Part shown: positions 29,432-38,548 of the stretch, one piece after another
Layout: every line of letters begins with the position of its first letter
Numbering within the stretch: the first letter of the stretch is position 1
Assembly: GCA_036339975.1 (NCBI GenBank)
Contig: JAYYZV010000071.1
Coordinates: 1 to 53,453 of the forward strand
Reading direction: 5' to 3'
DNA: 53,453 bases
Origin: Pseudomonadota bacterium
GTDB lineage: Bacteria; Pseudomonadota; Alphaproteobacteria; MPNO01; UBA830
Notes under the pieces: generated by a model
Told to the model about the DNA's origin: nothing
Database searches by the model: none
Seen by the model: only the letters and a program-made list of their open reading frames with translations
Position numbers and translations under genes: made by a program

Positions 29432-29616
29432 ATAAATTGGATTCTGAAAACCGAAGGGTAGGCCAAAGGTTTGATCGAACGGCGTTAACTGTGGAACAGA
29501 CGCCCACCTCAGTTGGGATTGCACAGATATTACGCGCGGTTCAATATTGGCGTTAGGGAATAAATCAGCGAGTTTTCATGGCTTATGTGCCGTGCTGACT
29601 AGGGAGACGTAGGAAA

Positions 29617-31134
29617 ATGGGCGAAGTGCGCGTCGCAAAGTCACAAAATGAGCCAATCCAGGATTTGCGGCAGTGGCTTGAAGCCGTTGAAGAGGTCGGC
29701 GAACTAGTCAAAGTCTCCGAACCAGTCAATCGGGATCAAGAGATGAGCGCAATAGGCTATCTCTTGGCCAAGCAACAACCCTCGCCGACCGTGATGTTTG
29801 AAAAAGCGATTGGGTTTGAGGATGGAGGCATTGGTGCGCGCCTCTTGTGGAACCTTGCGGGCCCCAGTCTCAAGCGCATCGCTATCACGCTGGGTGAGGA
29901 TTCAGAGACGACGACGATTGAGCTCATTGAGAAAGTGAAATCGAAACTGATGCAGCGTATTCCGCCACGGGAAGTTGGGGCGGACGAGGCACCCGTATTT
30001 GAAAATACGCTGCTGGGAGACGATATCGATCTTGATCAGTTGCCGATTCCAATGCACTGGCCGTTGGATGGAGGACGTTATCCAGGTACTGCAGACTGCG
30101 TGATAACGCGCGATCCCGACACAGGCTATCTAAATGTGGGCACCTATCGGATGATGCAGCAGGGAAAACGCCACGCTGGGCTTTACCTTTCGCCGGGGAA
30201 AGACGCGCGGCTACATATTGAGCGTGCTTGGGAGCGCGGCGATTCCATTGAAGTCGCCGCTGCCTGGGGGGTCGACCCCATTTTTATGTTGGTCGGGTCA
30301 CAGGGGTTTCCCAAAAATATTTCTGAGTACGAATTTATAGGTGGGATCCGTGATCAGGCGGTTTCAGTGGTGAAGGGCAAGACGACAGATCTGCTCATCC
30401 CCGCCAATGCGGAACTTGTCATTGAGGGTCTGCTAAAGCCCGGCTCGATGAAGGGCGAGGGGCCGTTCGGAGAATTTACCGGATACTACGGTCGGCCGGA
30501 GGGTGAGGCGCCACTGATTGAAATCACCGCGATGCATCATCGTCATCAACCGATTATGACCAATGCCTTGATGGCGGATTACCCGTCGTGTGAACAATCG
30601 GGTTTCTTCGCGATAATCCGATCGGCCCGTGTCTGGAACGATTTTGATAAGCTCGGGATTGCCGGGATCAAAGGCGTGTACTGTCATCCAGCTGCGGCCG
30701 GCGGCTGGGGTATGACCTGCGTAAGTATCGAACAACGCTATGCCGGGCATGCTGCGCAGGTGTTGGCGCTGGCGGCCCAGGTCCCAGGTGGCGCTTATTA
30801 CACAAAGTGGATTATTGTGGTGGACGAGGATATCGATCCTTGCGACATGGATCAGGTATTGTGGGCAATGGCGAGCCGAAGTAACCCGGTCGATGATGTG
30901 GAAATCCTTAAAAATACTTGGAGCACACAGCTCGATCCGAGCCAGTATCCCGTGGAAAACCGACCGTATGGATCTAAATGCCTTATCAACGCCTGCAAGG
31001 ATCACAAGCACATCAAGGAATATTCAAAACGTACGATGTTGGATGAAGGGGTCTACAATAAGGTCGTTTCCGACTGGAAAAAGCTCGGCCTCCCGGGTGT
31101 GCCACCCAAGGTTCAGCATTTCGAAAATGACTGA
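29617..31134 (+). CDS. UbiD-family prFMN-dependent (de)carboxylase (second, divergent from the first)
   Basis: DLRQWL, DGGRY, NVGTYR, IPANAELVIEG, EGPFGEFTGYY, IVVDEDIDP. Confidence 0.93.
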   Translation: MGEVRVAKSQNEPIQDLRQWLEAVEEVGELVKVSEPVNRDQEMSAIGYLLAKQQPSPTVMFEKAIGFEDGGIGARLLWNLAGPSLKRIAITLGEDSETTTIELIEKVKSKLMQRIPPREVGADEAPVFENTLLGDDIDLDQLPIPMHWPLDGGRYPGTADCVITRDPDTGYLNVGTYRMMQQGKRHAGLYLSPGKDARLHIERAWERGDSIEVAAAWGVDPIFMLVGSQGFPKNISEYEFIGGIRDQAVSVVKGKTTDLLIPANAELVIEGLLKPGSMKGEGPFGEFTGYYGRPEGEAPLIEITAMHHRHQPIMTNALMADYPSCEQSGFFAIIRSARVWNDFDKLGIAGIKGVYCHPAAAGGWGMTCVSIEQRYAGHAAQVLALAAQVPGGAYYTKWIIVVDEDIDPCDMDQVLWAMASRSNPVDDVEILKNTWSTQLDPSQYPVENRPYGSKCLINACKDHKHIKEYSKRTMLDEGVYNKVVSDWKKLGLPGVPPKVQHFEND

Positions 31135-31216
31135 AGCCTCGCCGACAGTAATAAAAACTTCACTTACCTGTAATAAGAATTACACGTAGACAAAAAACCT
31201 TAGAAGAAAATTGGTG

Positions 31217-31894
31217 ATGAACGCGTTTGAACTTAATCGCCGTCTTTTTGCTGAACTTCTTGGTACCGCTATTCTGGTCGCTACCGTGGTCGGTTCAGGG
31301 ATCATGGGGGCGAGGCTCTCTGCAGGTAATGACGCTATTGCTCTGCTAGGCAACACGATGGCTACCGGGGCTATTCTTGCTGTGCTGATCCTTATTTTAG
31401 GCCCCGTTTCCGGTGCCCATTTCAACCCCGCCGTAACAATAGCGCTATCGCTACGGAGGTTATTCCCGGCTAGGGAAATTGCGCCCTATGTGGCAGCGCA
31501 AGTGATTGGCGGGTTGCTGGGCACGCTGGTCGCCCATTTCATGTTTGAACTCGACGCCTACAGCCTGTCTAGTACAGTTCGTACTGGTATCTCTCAATGG
31601 GTTTCAGAGGTGGTGGCGGCCTTTGGCCTGGTGGCTGCTATACTCGGATGCATCAGGTTCAAGCCGGCGGCATTGCCTTATGCTGTAGCGCTGTTTATCA
31701 GCGCGGGGTACTGGTTTACGTCATCGACGTCTTTCGCCAACCCAGCGGTAGCTATTGCGCGTGGCTTCACTGACACGTTTTCCGGCATTCGGCCTGTCGA
31801 CGTCCCCGCCTTCATCGCTGCCGAGATTATAGGCGCGGTCCTTGCCGCAATTGTTTTTGCCTGGCTTTTAAAGCCTGAAAGTGGGGACAAATAA
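31217..31894 (+). CDS. MIP/aquaporin family channel
   Basis: AELLGT, SGAHFNPAVT and second NPA in SFANPAVA. Six TM-like segments. Confidence 0.9.
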   Translation: MNAFELNRRLFAELLGTAILVATVVGSGIMGARLSAGNDAIALLGNTMATGAILAVLILILGPVSGAHFNPAVTIALSLRRLFPAREIAPYVAAQVIGGLLGTLVAHFMFELDAYSLSSTVRTGISQWVSEVVAAFGLVAAILGCIRFKPAALPYAVALFISAGYWFTSSTSFANPAVAIARGFTDTFSGIRPVDVPAFIAAEIIGAVLAAIVFAWLLKPESGDK

Positions 31895-31964
31895 TCCCTC
31901 TATTATGACAGGATGGAGTATTCTTAATTAGGTTCGCCGCGAAAGGTGATAGCGCAGTGATCAT

Positions 31965-33170
31965 ATGACGAAGATTGCCGTCATTGGCGGCGGGCTGGGC
32001 GGCGCCGCCGCGGCGCTGGCCCTGCATCGAAAGGGTCACGAGGTCGCGCTTTATGAAAAGGCGCCAGAGCTCGGCGAGATTGGTGCCGGGCTAAACCTCA
32101 CCCCCAACGCGCTCAAGGCGCTCCGGTATCTCGGGATCGAAGATCAGGCAGTGCATACCGGTTATCAGGTGCGTGAACAGCTGATCCGGAGCTTCCGCAG
32201 CGGGCGGGTCATCGCGCGTCAGAGACGGTCCGGCGATATCGTGCGTAAGTTTGGTGCGGAATACATCACCATGCACCGTGCTGATTTACTAAACCTGTTG
32301 GTTTCGGGCCTCAATGAGGGGTTGTATCGTACCGACGCTGCCTGCGTATCCGCGGAATCACAGAACGACGGGGCGGTTGTACGTTTTGTCGATGGCAGTG
32401 AAGTTGAAGCCGATATAGTGATTGGGGCGGACGGTATTCATTCTGCCGTTCGTGACAGTGCTTTTGGAAAAATAGAGCCACGTTTTACCGGCTGTATCTG
32501 CTGGCGTGGACTAGTCCACCGCGACGCGCTGCCTGATCCGGCATTTGCCCGTCAATTGATCGCGTGGTGGGGACCGCACGGTCATATCGTACACTATCCT
32601 GTCCGGCGAGACGGTGAGTTGGTAAATTTCGTCGCACATTATGACAGCGACCACTGGATCGGTGAATCTTGGACGTACGAATGCGAACAGTCGGAGCTGA
32701 TGGAAACCTACGCCGACTGGAATCCGGATTTGCTGGGTCTGATTAGGTCGAGCGAGAAATACTACAAATGGGCCTTATACGATCGTGACCCGTTGGATAC
32801 ATGGGTGAACGGCCGTATCGCGCTGCTCGGAGATTCGGCGCATCCCATGCTCCCTTATTTGGGGCAGGGAGGCTGTATGGCGATTGAGGATGGCTGTGTG
32901 CTTGCGGAGGTGATCACGCGGTCGGCGGACGATCTTGATGCCGCACTTACTCTCTATGAACGCGTCAGGAAACCACGCGCGACCCGCGCCCAGCTAGGTT
33001 CGCGTTTCCGCGCCAAGCAAAACCACCTAGTGTCGCCTTGGGCTCGTTTCAGGAGGGATGTGAGATTGGCATGGAACAGCCGTGTCGGAGCGGACAGTTC
33101 CGCCGGCCAAGCATCGGCGTTTTATGACTATGATGTCGCCTCACCCGACGTATTTGATGCCGAGGCCTGA
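31965..33170 (+). CDS. FAD-dependent monooxygenase (salicylate hydroxylase/6-hydroxynicotinate 3-monooxygenase family)
   Basis: GGGLGG, EIGAG, HRADL, GADGIHSAVR, LLGDSAHPMLPYLGQGGCMAIEDG. Confidence 0.9.
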   Translation: MTKIAVIGGGLGGAAAALALHRKGHEVALYEKAPELGEIGAGLNLTPNALKALRYLGIEDQAVHTGYQVREQLIRSFRSGRVIARQRRSGDIVRKFGAEYITMHRADLLNLLVSGLNEGLYRTDAACVSAESQNDGAVVRFVDGSEVEADIVIGADGIHSAVRDSAFGKIEPRFTGCICWRGLVHRDALPDPAFARQLIAWWGPHGHIVHYPVRRDGELVNFVAHYDSDHWIGESWTYECEQSELMETYADWNPDLLGLIRSSEKYYKWALYDRDPLDTWVNGRIALLGDSAHPMLPYLGQGGCMAIEDGCVLAEVITRSADDLDAALTLYERVRKPRATRAQLGSRFRAKQNHLVSPWARFRRDVRLAWNSRVGADSSAGQASAFYDYDVASPDVFDAEA

Positions 33171-33187
33171 CGCCGCGTCAGCCGCGC

Positions 33188-34030
33188 CTACAGGCCGAGG
33201 ATGCGTTCGGCGTTACCGTGAAAAATCTTTTCCATGATCTCTGGTTTGTAGCCGAGTTCGTCCCATTCACGGAAGATGCGCTCGTAGGGCAAGCTGGGGT
33301 AATCGCTGCCAAACATGATCTTGTCCTGAAGACGCGCTCTCATATCGACCTTCAGCTGCGGCGGAAAATGTTTTGGCGCCCAGCCTGACATTTCCCAAAA
33401 CACGTTCCCCTTGTGAAGGGCTACTGCTGTCATCTCGTCCACCCAGGGCCAGCCGGGATGCGCCGCGATGATGGTCAGGTCTGGGAAATCGGCGGCTAGT
33501 TCGTCGATCGCCGACGGGTGTGCGTGGCGGATTTTTGCGCCCATGCCTCCCGGAATCCCGGCACCCATGCCGGTGGTTCCGACGTCGATCATGACCGGCG
33601 CTTTTTTCTCGCTGATAGTCTCGAAAAGCGGATAGTGCTCCCGGTCGTTGACCGCGAAATGCCCCATGATTGGATGGAAGTGGAAACCTAGCATGCCGTG
33701 TATTTCGATTGCGTCTACTGCTTCGCGGATAGCGGTTTCGCCTTTGAAGGGGTCAACGGCACCCCATGCCTGAATGATTCGGTCCGGGTTGCGTTTCCAC
33801 ATTCCGGCGACGTATTCGTTGGAGCATGGCGGTGTGTCAATCGTTGTTTCCAGGTCCAGAGCAACCAGTACCGCTTCGATGCCAGCCTCGTCGAAATCCG
33901 CGATGACCTCTTCCTCTTCCTTAGCGGTCCAAACCCGGTCCCAGTATTCGGCTAGCGCCTTCACGTAGGGCCCCTGACAGTCTATCCAAGGCTGGGTATT
34001 GGGATAGCAGTGCAGATCGATGATGCGCAT
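33188..34030 (-). CDS. Amidohydrolase_2 family protein (resembles aryl-beta-ketoacyl-CoA hydrolases)
   Basis: IDLHCY, GFHFHP, GTTGMGAG.PGG.G, IAAHPGWPW, SGWAPK, FGSDYP. Start at ATG 34030. Confidence 0.85.
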   Translation of the reverse strand: MRIIDLHCYPNTQPWIDCQGPYVKALAEYWDRVWTAKEEEEVIADFDEAGIEAVLVALDLETTIDTPPCSNEYVAGMWKRNPDRIIQAWGAVDPFKGETAIREAVDAIEIHGMLGFHFHPIMGHFAVNDREHYPLFETISEKKAPVMIDVGTTGMGAGIPGGMGAKIRHAHPSAIDELAADFPDLTIIAAHPGWPWVDEMTAVALHKGNVFWEMSGWAPKHFPPQLKVDMRARLQDKIMFGSDYPSLPYERIFREWDELGYKPEIMEKIFHGNAERILGL

Positions 34031-34067
34031 GGCGGTCGCTCCGGTTACAGACTTGATTTTCAATAAA

Positions 34068-34079
34068 TGAACATGTTCA
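34068..34079. promoter_or_regulatory. Candidate TetR operator 1
   Basis: Perfect palindrome TGAACATGTTCA in the divergent amidohydrolase/tetR gap. Confidence 0.7.
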
Positions 34080-34137
34080 ATTGTTTTTGGCAAGAAGACA
34101 GGTTCCGTAATACTGAAAGACGATAGGCGCGCGCACG

Positions 34138-34779
34138 ATGACGGAAAGCGATATAGGAACGGGAACTGGCCGCCGCGCCCGCAACAAGGCCGACAAGCTG
34201 CGTCGCATTAAGGAATCGTCCTATGAACTTTTCTCGGAAAAAGGATACGACCAGACTACGATGCGGGAAATCGCCGCCCGGGCAGGTATCGCTTTGGGCA
34301 CCATTTTTACTTACGCCTCCGACAAGCGCGACCTACTGTTCCTGATATTCAACGACCGGCAGGACGAACTGCGCCGGGTCTCATTTGCGGCAATTCCCGA
34401 AAACGCGCCGTTTGGCGATCAGATCGAGGCGCTTTTCACGCCGTTTTACTACCACTTTTATACGGAACCGGCGTTTACAAGGTATTTGCTGCGAGAACTG
34501 ACCTTTTTTAAGAACGGCATTCAGTCACCACGGTTTCAAGAGGGGCGGCGGTCCATTGTGAAGCGGATCCGAGAACTGGTGGAGGAGGCCACCGCCTCCG
34601 ACCGACTGACGCCCGGTAACCCATCACAACATGTCGCAGAGATGATTTTTGGTCTGTACCAATCCGAACTTCGCTTGTGGCTGAGCGGTGATAATCCCGC
34701 CGTGAAAGACGGCCTAAAGAGACTGCGCGAAGCGTTCGACATTCTGATCGCCGGTCTGGCGAACCCGCGCGGGGATTGA
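34138..34779 (+). CDS. TetR/AcrR family transcriptional regulator
   Basis: LFSEKGYDQTTMREIAARAGIALGTIFTYASDKRDLL. Confidence 0.93.
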   Translation: MTESDIGTGTGRRARNKADKLRRIKESSYELFSEKGYDQTTMREIAARAGIALGTIFTYASDKRDLLFLIFNDRQDELRRVSFAAIPENAPFGDQIEALFTPFYYHFYTEPAFTRYLLRELTFFKNGIQSPRFQEGRRSIVKRIRELVEEATASDRLTPGNPSQHVAEMIFGLYQSELRLWLSGDNPAVKDGLKRLREAFDILIAGLANPRGD

Positions 34780-34787
34780 CAGGAAAA

Positions 34788-34799
34788 TGAGCATGTTCA
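34788..34799. promoter_or_regulatory. Candidate TetR operator 2, just downstream of a TTGACA -35 box (34776-34781)
   Basis: TGAGCATGTTCA, one mismatch from operator 1 with shared flanks, upstream of the SDR-ligase operon. Confidence 0.7.
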
Positions 34800-34863
34800 A
34801 ATGTTCTAATAAGGAAAAACCAGCACGCATTATAGGGAGGGGTCGTCTACCGCCCATGAAAAA

Positions 34864-35634
34864 ATGACGTCATTTGAAAAAAGGGTCGCTCTGGTCACTG
34901 GCGCATCGACTGGAATCGGGCGCCATGAGGCCATAGCTCTAGCGAAGGCGGGTTACAACGTCGCTATAAACTATGCGCGCAGCGCCAACGAGGCCGAAAA
35001 AACCGCCTCTGTCTGTCAGGAAGCGGGTGCCGAAACGCTTCTGATTCAGGCCGATGTTGCCGACGAGGCCGACGTGCAGAGGATGATAGGTGCGGTCCAA
35101 GACAAATTCGGTCGGCTAGATGTGTTGTGCAACAACGCCGGCACTACCACTACTGGTCTCGCCTGGCAATTTGAACAGATCGACGTCGAAGACTGGGATC
35201 GGGTCTTCGCGGTCAACGTGCGCGGCGTGTTCCTTGTCACAAAGCATGCGACACCAATGTTGAAAGCCTCCGACGACGCGTGCGTCGTTAACACTAATTC
35301 AATTGTCGGCGCACGCCCCGGCCCGCAGGCACTGCCCTATTCGGTGAGCAAGGGTGCCTTGTGGACGATGACCAAGGCTCTGGCTGGCGCACTCGGTCGG
35401 TCCGGCGTGAGGGTCAACGGCGTCGCACCTGGTTGGATGGAGGGCGACTGGATGGAACGCATGCTAGGTGAGAATTACGAAAAGTTAATGGGTGCCCGCG
35501 CCAAGCAGACCCCGCTACAGCGGGTGGTTAATGCTGAGGACGTGGCTCAGACTGTGATGACACTAGTCGATGGCAACAAATCCGTTTCTGGCCAGATACT
35601 AGTCGTCGATGGCGGCTTCTCGTCCGTCACCTGA
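34864..35634 (+). CDS. SDR family oxidoreductase
   Basis: TGASTGIG, NNAG, S...YSVSK, VNGVAPG. Confidence 0.93.
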   Translation: MTSFEKRVALVTGASTGIGRHEAIALAKAGYNVAINYARSANEAEKTASVCQEAGAETLLIQADVADEADVQRMIGAVQDKFGRLDVLCNNAGTTTTGLAWQFEQIDVEDWDRVFAVNVRGVFLVTKHATPMLKASDDACVVNTNSIVGARPGPQALPYSVSKGALWTMTKALAGALGRSGVRVNGVAPGWMEGDWMERMLGENYEKLMGARAKQTPLQRVVNAEDVAQTVMTLVDGNKSVSGQILVVDGGFSSVT

Positions 35635-35653
35635 TTTTACAAGGGGAATAGTC

Positions 35654-37309
35654 ATGCTTGAGGGTGTCGTAAAATTTCCCGCCGAATTCGCGCAGCAATA
35701 CCGGGAAAAGGGATACTGGGAAGACCGCAGCATCGCGTCTCATTTCGCCGGCTGGTTTTCTGAGTACGCCGATCGTACGGCGATTATCGACGGCGCTCAG
35801 GTCATCACCTACCGCGATCTGGATGAACGCTCTACGCGGGTCGCGCTCAATCTATTAGACCTCGGCTTCCGCCCGCTTGACCGAGCCGTGGTCTGCTTGC
35901 CCAACGTGGCAGAGTTTGCCTATCTCTATTTTGCCTTTCAGAAGATCGGCGTGATCCCGATCATGGCGCTGCCCACCCACCGTTATCTGGAGGTGACGCA
36001 ATTCGTGGAGATCTCTCAGGCGAAGGCCTGCTTTGTGCCTGCGAAGGCGCGTGACTATTCCTTCACCGATTTAGTCACGCGCCTGCGTGACGAACACGAC
36101 TGCCTAGAGGTGGGGATCGTGCTAGGCCCGCCACAGGAAGGGTTCACGACCATCGATGAACTTCTGGAGAAAGAGCCTTCGGCTACTCAGGCTGAAATCG
36201 ATGCCATCGAGATAGATCCAGAAGACCCTGCGGTGTTCCAGTTGTCCGGCGGCACCACCGGGATCCCGAAGCTCATCCCGCGAACCCACAATGACTATAT
36301 CTGCAATACCAAATTCGCCTGCGCGTCTACAGAGACCGGGCCCGAAAAGGTACTGTTGGACATTCTGCCTATCGGCCACAACCTGCCGTTGGCTTGTCCG
36401 GGCATGCAGGGGTTTCTGATGAAGGGTGGGACGGTCGTCTTCGCGCAGTCCACCCGAGGCGAAAGTCTTTTCCCGTTGATAGAAAAACACGGGGTAACCC
36501 ATATCCACTGTGTTCCGGCACTTCTCATTCGCTGGATCCACGATCCGCTGATCAGCGATTACGATCTATCGTCGCTGGAATACCTGCAGTCCGGCGGACA
36601 GCGTCTGCAGCCGGAGGTCCGCCGCCGTACCTACGACCTGATCCCAAGCGTGTTCGTTCAGGAGAATTTTGGCATGGCTGAAGGCATGCTGTTTTTCGCC
36701 GAAAAGCACCACGAGGAAGCTGTGCGTATGGAAACCGTGGGCTTTCCTGTATGTGAGGACGACGAGGTGCGCATTGTCGATGACGACGATAACGTGGTGC
36801 CGTTCGGTGAGGTTGGAGAAATGTGCTGCCGAGGTCCCTATACGCTGCGCGGATATTATGGCTCGCCAGAACATAATGAACGGGCCTTTACGTACGACGG
36901 ATTTTACCGGACAGGAGATCTGATGCGGCAGCACCCAACCGGCGCCTACCTCGTCGAAGGCCGTAAAAAGGATCTGATCAATCGCGGCGGCGAAAAAATC
37001 TCCGCCGAGGAAATTGAAAATCTGATCCTGACGCACCCGGCGGTTAAGAACATTGCATGCGTCGCGATGCCGGATCCGGTACTGGGCGAGAAAATGTGTG
37101 CTTGTGTAATTCCCGCGGATGGTAAGACGTTAAGTCTCGAAGAGTTGGTCGCCCACTTGGATTCATACGAACTGGCCCGGTTCAAGCTGCCGGAGAGACT
37201 GGAAGTGATGGACGATTTTCCACTGTCACCTTTTGGCAAGGTCTCCAAGAAAACACTCGTTGAGGATATCGCCGCTAAGCTGGCAGCCGAGACGGGGAGC
37301 AGCGACTGA
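35654..37309 (+). CDS. Aryl-acid adenylating enzyme (DhbE/EntE/PchD-like)
   Basis: YREKGYW, LSGGTTGIPKLIPRTHNDY, HNLPLACPG, FGMAEG, GPYTLRGYY, INRGGEKISAEEIE. Start at ATG 35654 after AGGGG. Confidence 0.9.
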   Translation: MLEGVVKFPAEFAQQYREKGYWEDRSIASHFAGWFSEYADRTAIIDGAQVITYRDLDERSTRVALNLLDLGFRPLDRAVVCLPNVAEFAYLYFAFQKIGVIPIMALPTHRYLEVTQFVEISQAKACFVPAKARDYSFTDLVTRLRDEHDCLEVGIVLGPPQEGFTTIDELLEKEPSATQAEIDAIEIDPEDPAVFQLSGGTTGIPKLIPRTHNDYICNTKFACASTETGPEKVLLDILPIGHNLPLACPGMQGFLMKGGTVVFAQSTRGESLFPLIEKHGVTHIHCVPALLIRWIHDPLISDYDLSSLEYLQSGGQRLQPEVRRRTYDLIPSVFVQENFGMAEGMLFFAEKHHEEAVRMETVGFPVCEDDEVRIVDDDDNVVPFGEVGEMCCRGPYTLRGYYGSPEHNERAFTYDGFYRTGDLMRQHPTGAYLVEGRKKDLINRGGEKISAEEIENLILTHPAVKNIACVAMPDPVLGEKMCACVIPADGKTLSLEELVAHLDSYELARFKLPERLEVMDDFPLSPFGKVSKKTLVEDIAAKLAAETGSSD

Positions 37310-37363
37310 CATCGACCCCTTTTGCAGAATCGACCCGGTTGCCGGAGAAATTCGCAGCCTACG

Positions 37364-38314
37364 CTAACCAAACCTCTGAAATAATGTTTCCGCATTTCCG
37401 CGGTTTACGGCTATGCGTTCGTCATCGTTGAAGCCACTCCAAGAATCGAATCCATTACTCTCGGCGGTCACCTTGTCGATGGAAATATAGGGATAATCGG
37501 TACCGAATAGGATCCGGGATTTGTCAGCGATTTCCGTCAGGCCTGCCAGCGGTACGGCGTGGCCCGATAGTGCGGTGTCAAACCAGAAACGTTTGAAATA
37601 GGCCATTGCGCCTTCTGGGTAGTTGTCGCGGACCGACATATCTTGATCAAAGATGGCAATTCGGTGAGCGAGAAACGGAAGAGTGCCGCCGGAGTGCGAC
37701 AGGATGAAGCTGATATCCGGATGGCGCTTCATTATGCCCTGAAGGATCAGGTTGACGGCAACGCGGGTCGTCTCGAATGGATAGTCGATCAGCATTCGAG
37801 GAATGTCCCAGCCATCTGCTTCTGTTCCAGGTGGATAGCAGGGATGGATGAACACCACCGCCTTGCGTCGGTTTAGCTCAGCGTAGAGCGGTTCGAAATC
37901 TGGATGACCAATATACTTGTCGTCGATGCTGGTGAGCAGGGTTATGCCGTCTAGCTTCAGGTCGTCCAGCGCGCGCTCGCATTCGGCGATCGCCGCGTCG
38001 ATATCGGGCAGCGGTAAAAAGGCAAAGCCACCGAATCGGCCCGGATATTCTGCCGCCAGTCCGGCTAGGTAATCGTTGCACTGCCGTGACAGGTCCTTTG
38101 TCTGAGCGATGTTGCCGTACCAGATGCCCGGTGAGGTAAAGGACAAGACTGATGTGGCGATGTCTTCGTTATCCATCACGTCCAAGCTGTGTCGCGGGGT
38201 CCATTCAGGAAAGCCGCGATATGCCGTGCCGGTGATGCCGGCGCTTTCCTGTGCGCGAATATAGAATTCCGGCAGAACGTGATGATGGACGTCGATACGG
38301 CCTTGTGACGGCAT
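37364..38314 (-). CDS. Amidohydrolase_2 family decarboxylase-like protein
   Basis: IDVHHH, GRFGGFAFLPLP, VFIHP, DYPFETTR, SHSGGTLPF, FGTDYPY. Confidence 0.9.
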   Translation of the reverse strand: MPSQGRIDVHHHVLPEFYIRAQESAGITGTAYRGFPEWTPRHSLDVMDNEDIATSVLSFTSPGIWYGNIAQTKDLSRQCNDYLAGLAAEYPGRFGGFAFLPLPDIDAAIAECERALDDLKLDGITLLTSIDDKYIGHPDFEPLYAELNRRKAVVFIHPCYPPGTEADGWDIPRMLIDYPFETTRVAVNLILQGIMKRHPDISFILSHSGGTLPFLAHRIAIFDQDMSVRDNYPEGAMAYFKRFWFDTALSGHAVPLAGLTEIADKSRILFGTDYPYISIDKVTAESNGFDSWSGFNDDERIAVNRGNAETLFQRFG

Positions 38315-38548
38315 GATATTTCTCCGCGTGGTTCAGGAAATCAAGGTGGATCGTAGCATGTTTTCGGTCGGTCGGCCTTTTGTCGAGGCCGGACTGGGAA
38401 CCTCCTATTTAGAACCGCGCAACTTCGTCTCCGAAGACCGCAGAAAGACACTGGCGGCAACGCCAAAAAACCAAAAAAGCCCTTGATGATCCGTGGGCTG
38501 AAATTCTGTTATGCTTTCCCTATGGTATCGGGCGGCGAGAAAATTGGC

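Noticed and set aside
35654-37309. Siderophore biosynthetic cluster
   Set aside because: No NRPS, carrier protein, chorismate-utilising enzyme or TonB-dependent receptor in the window.
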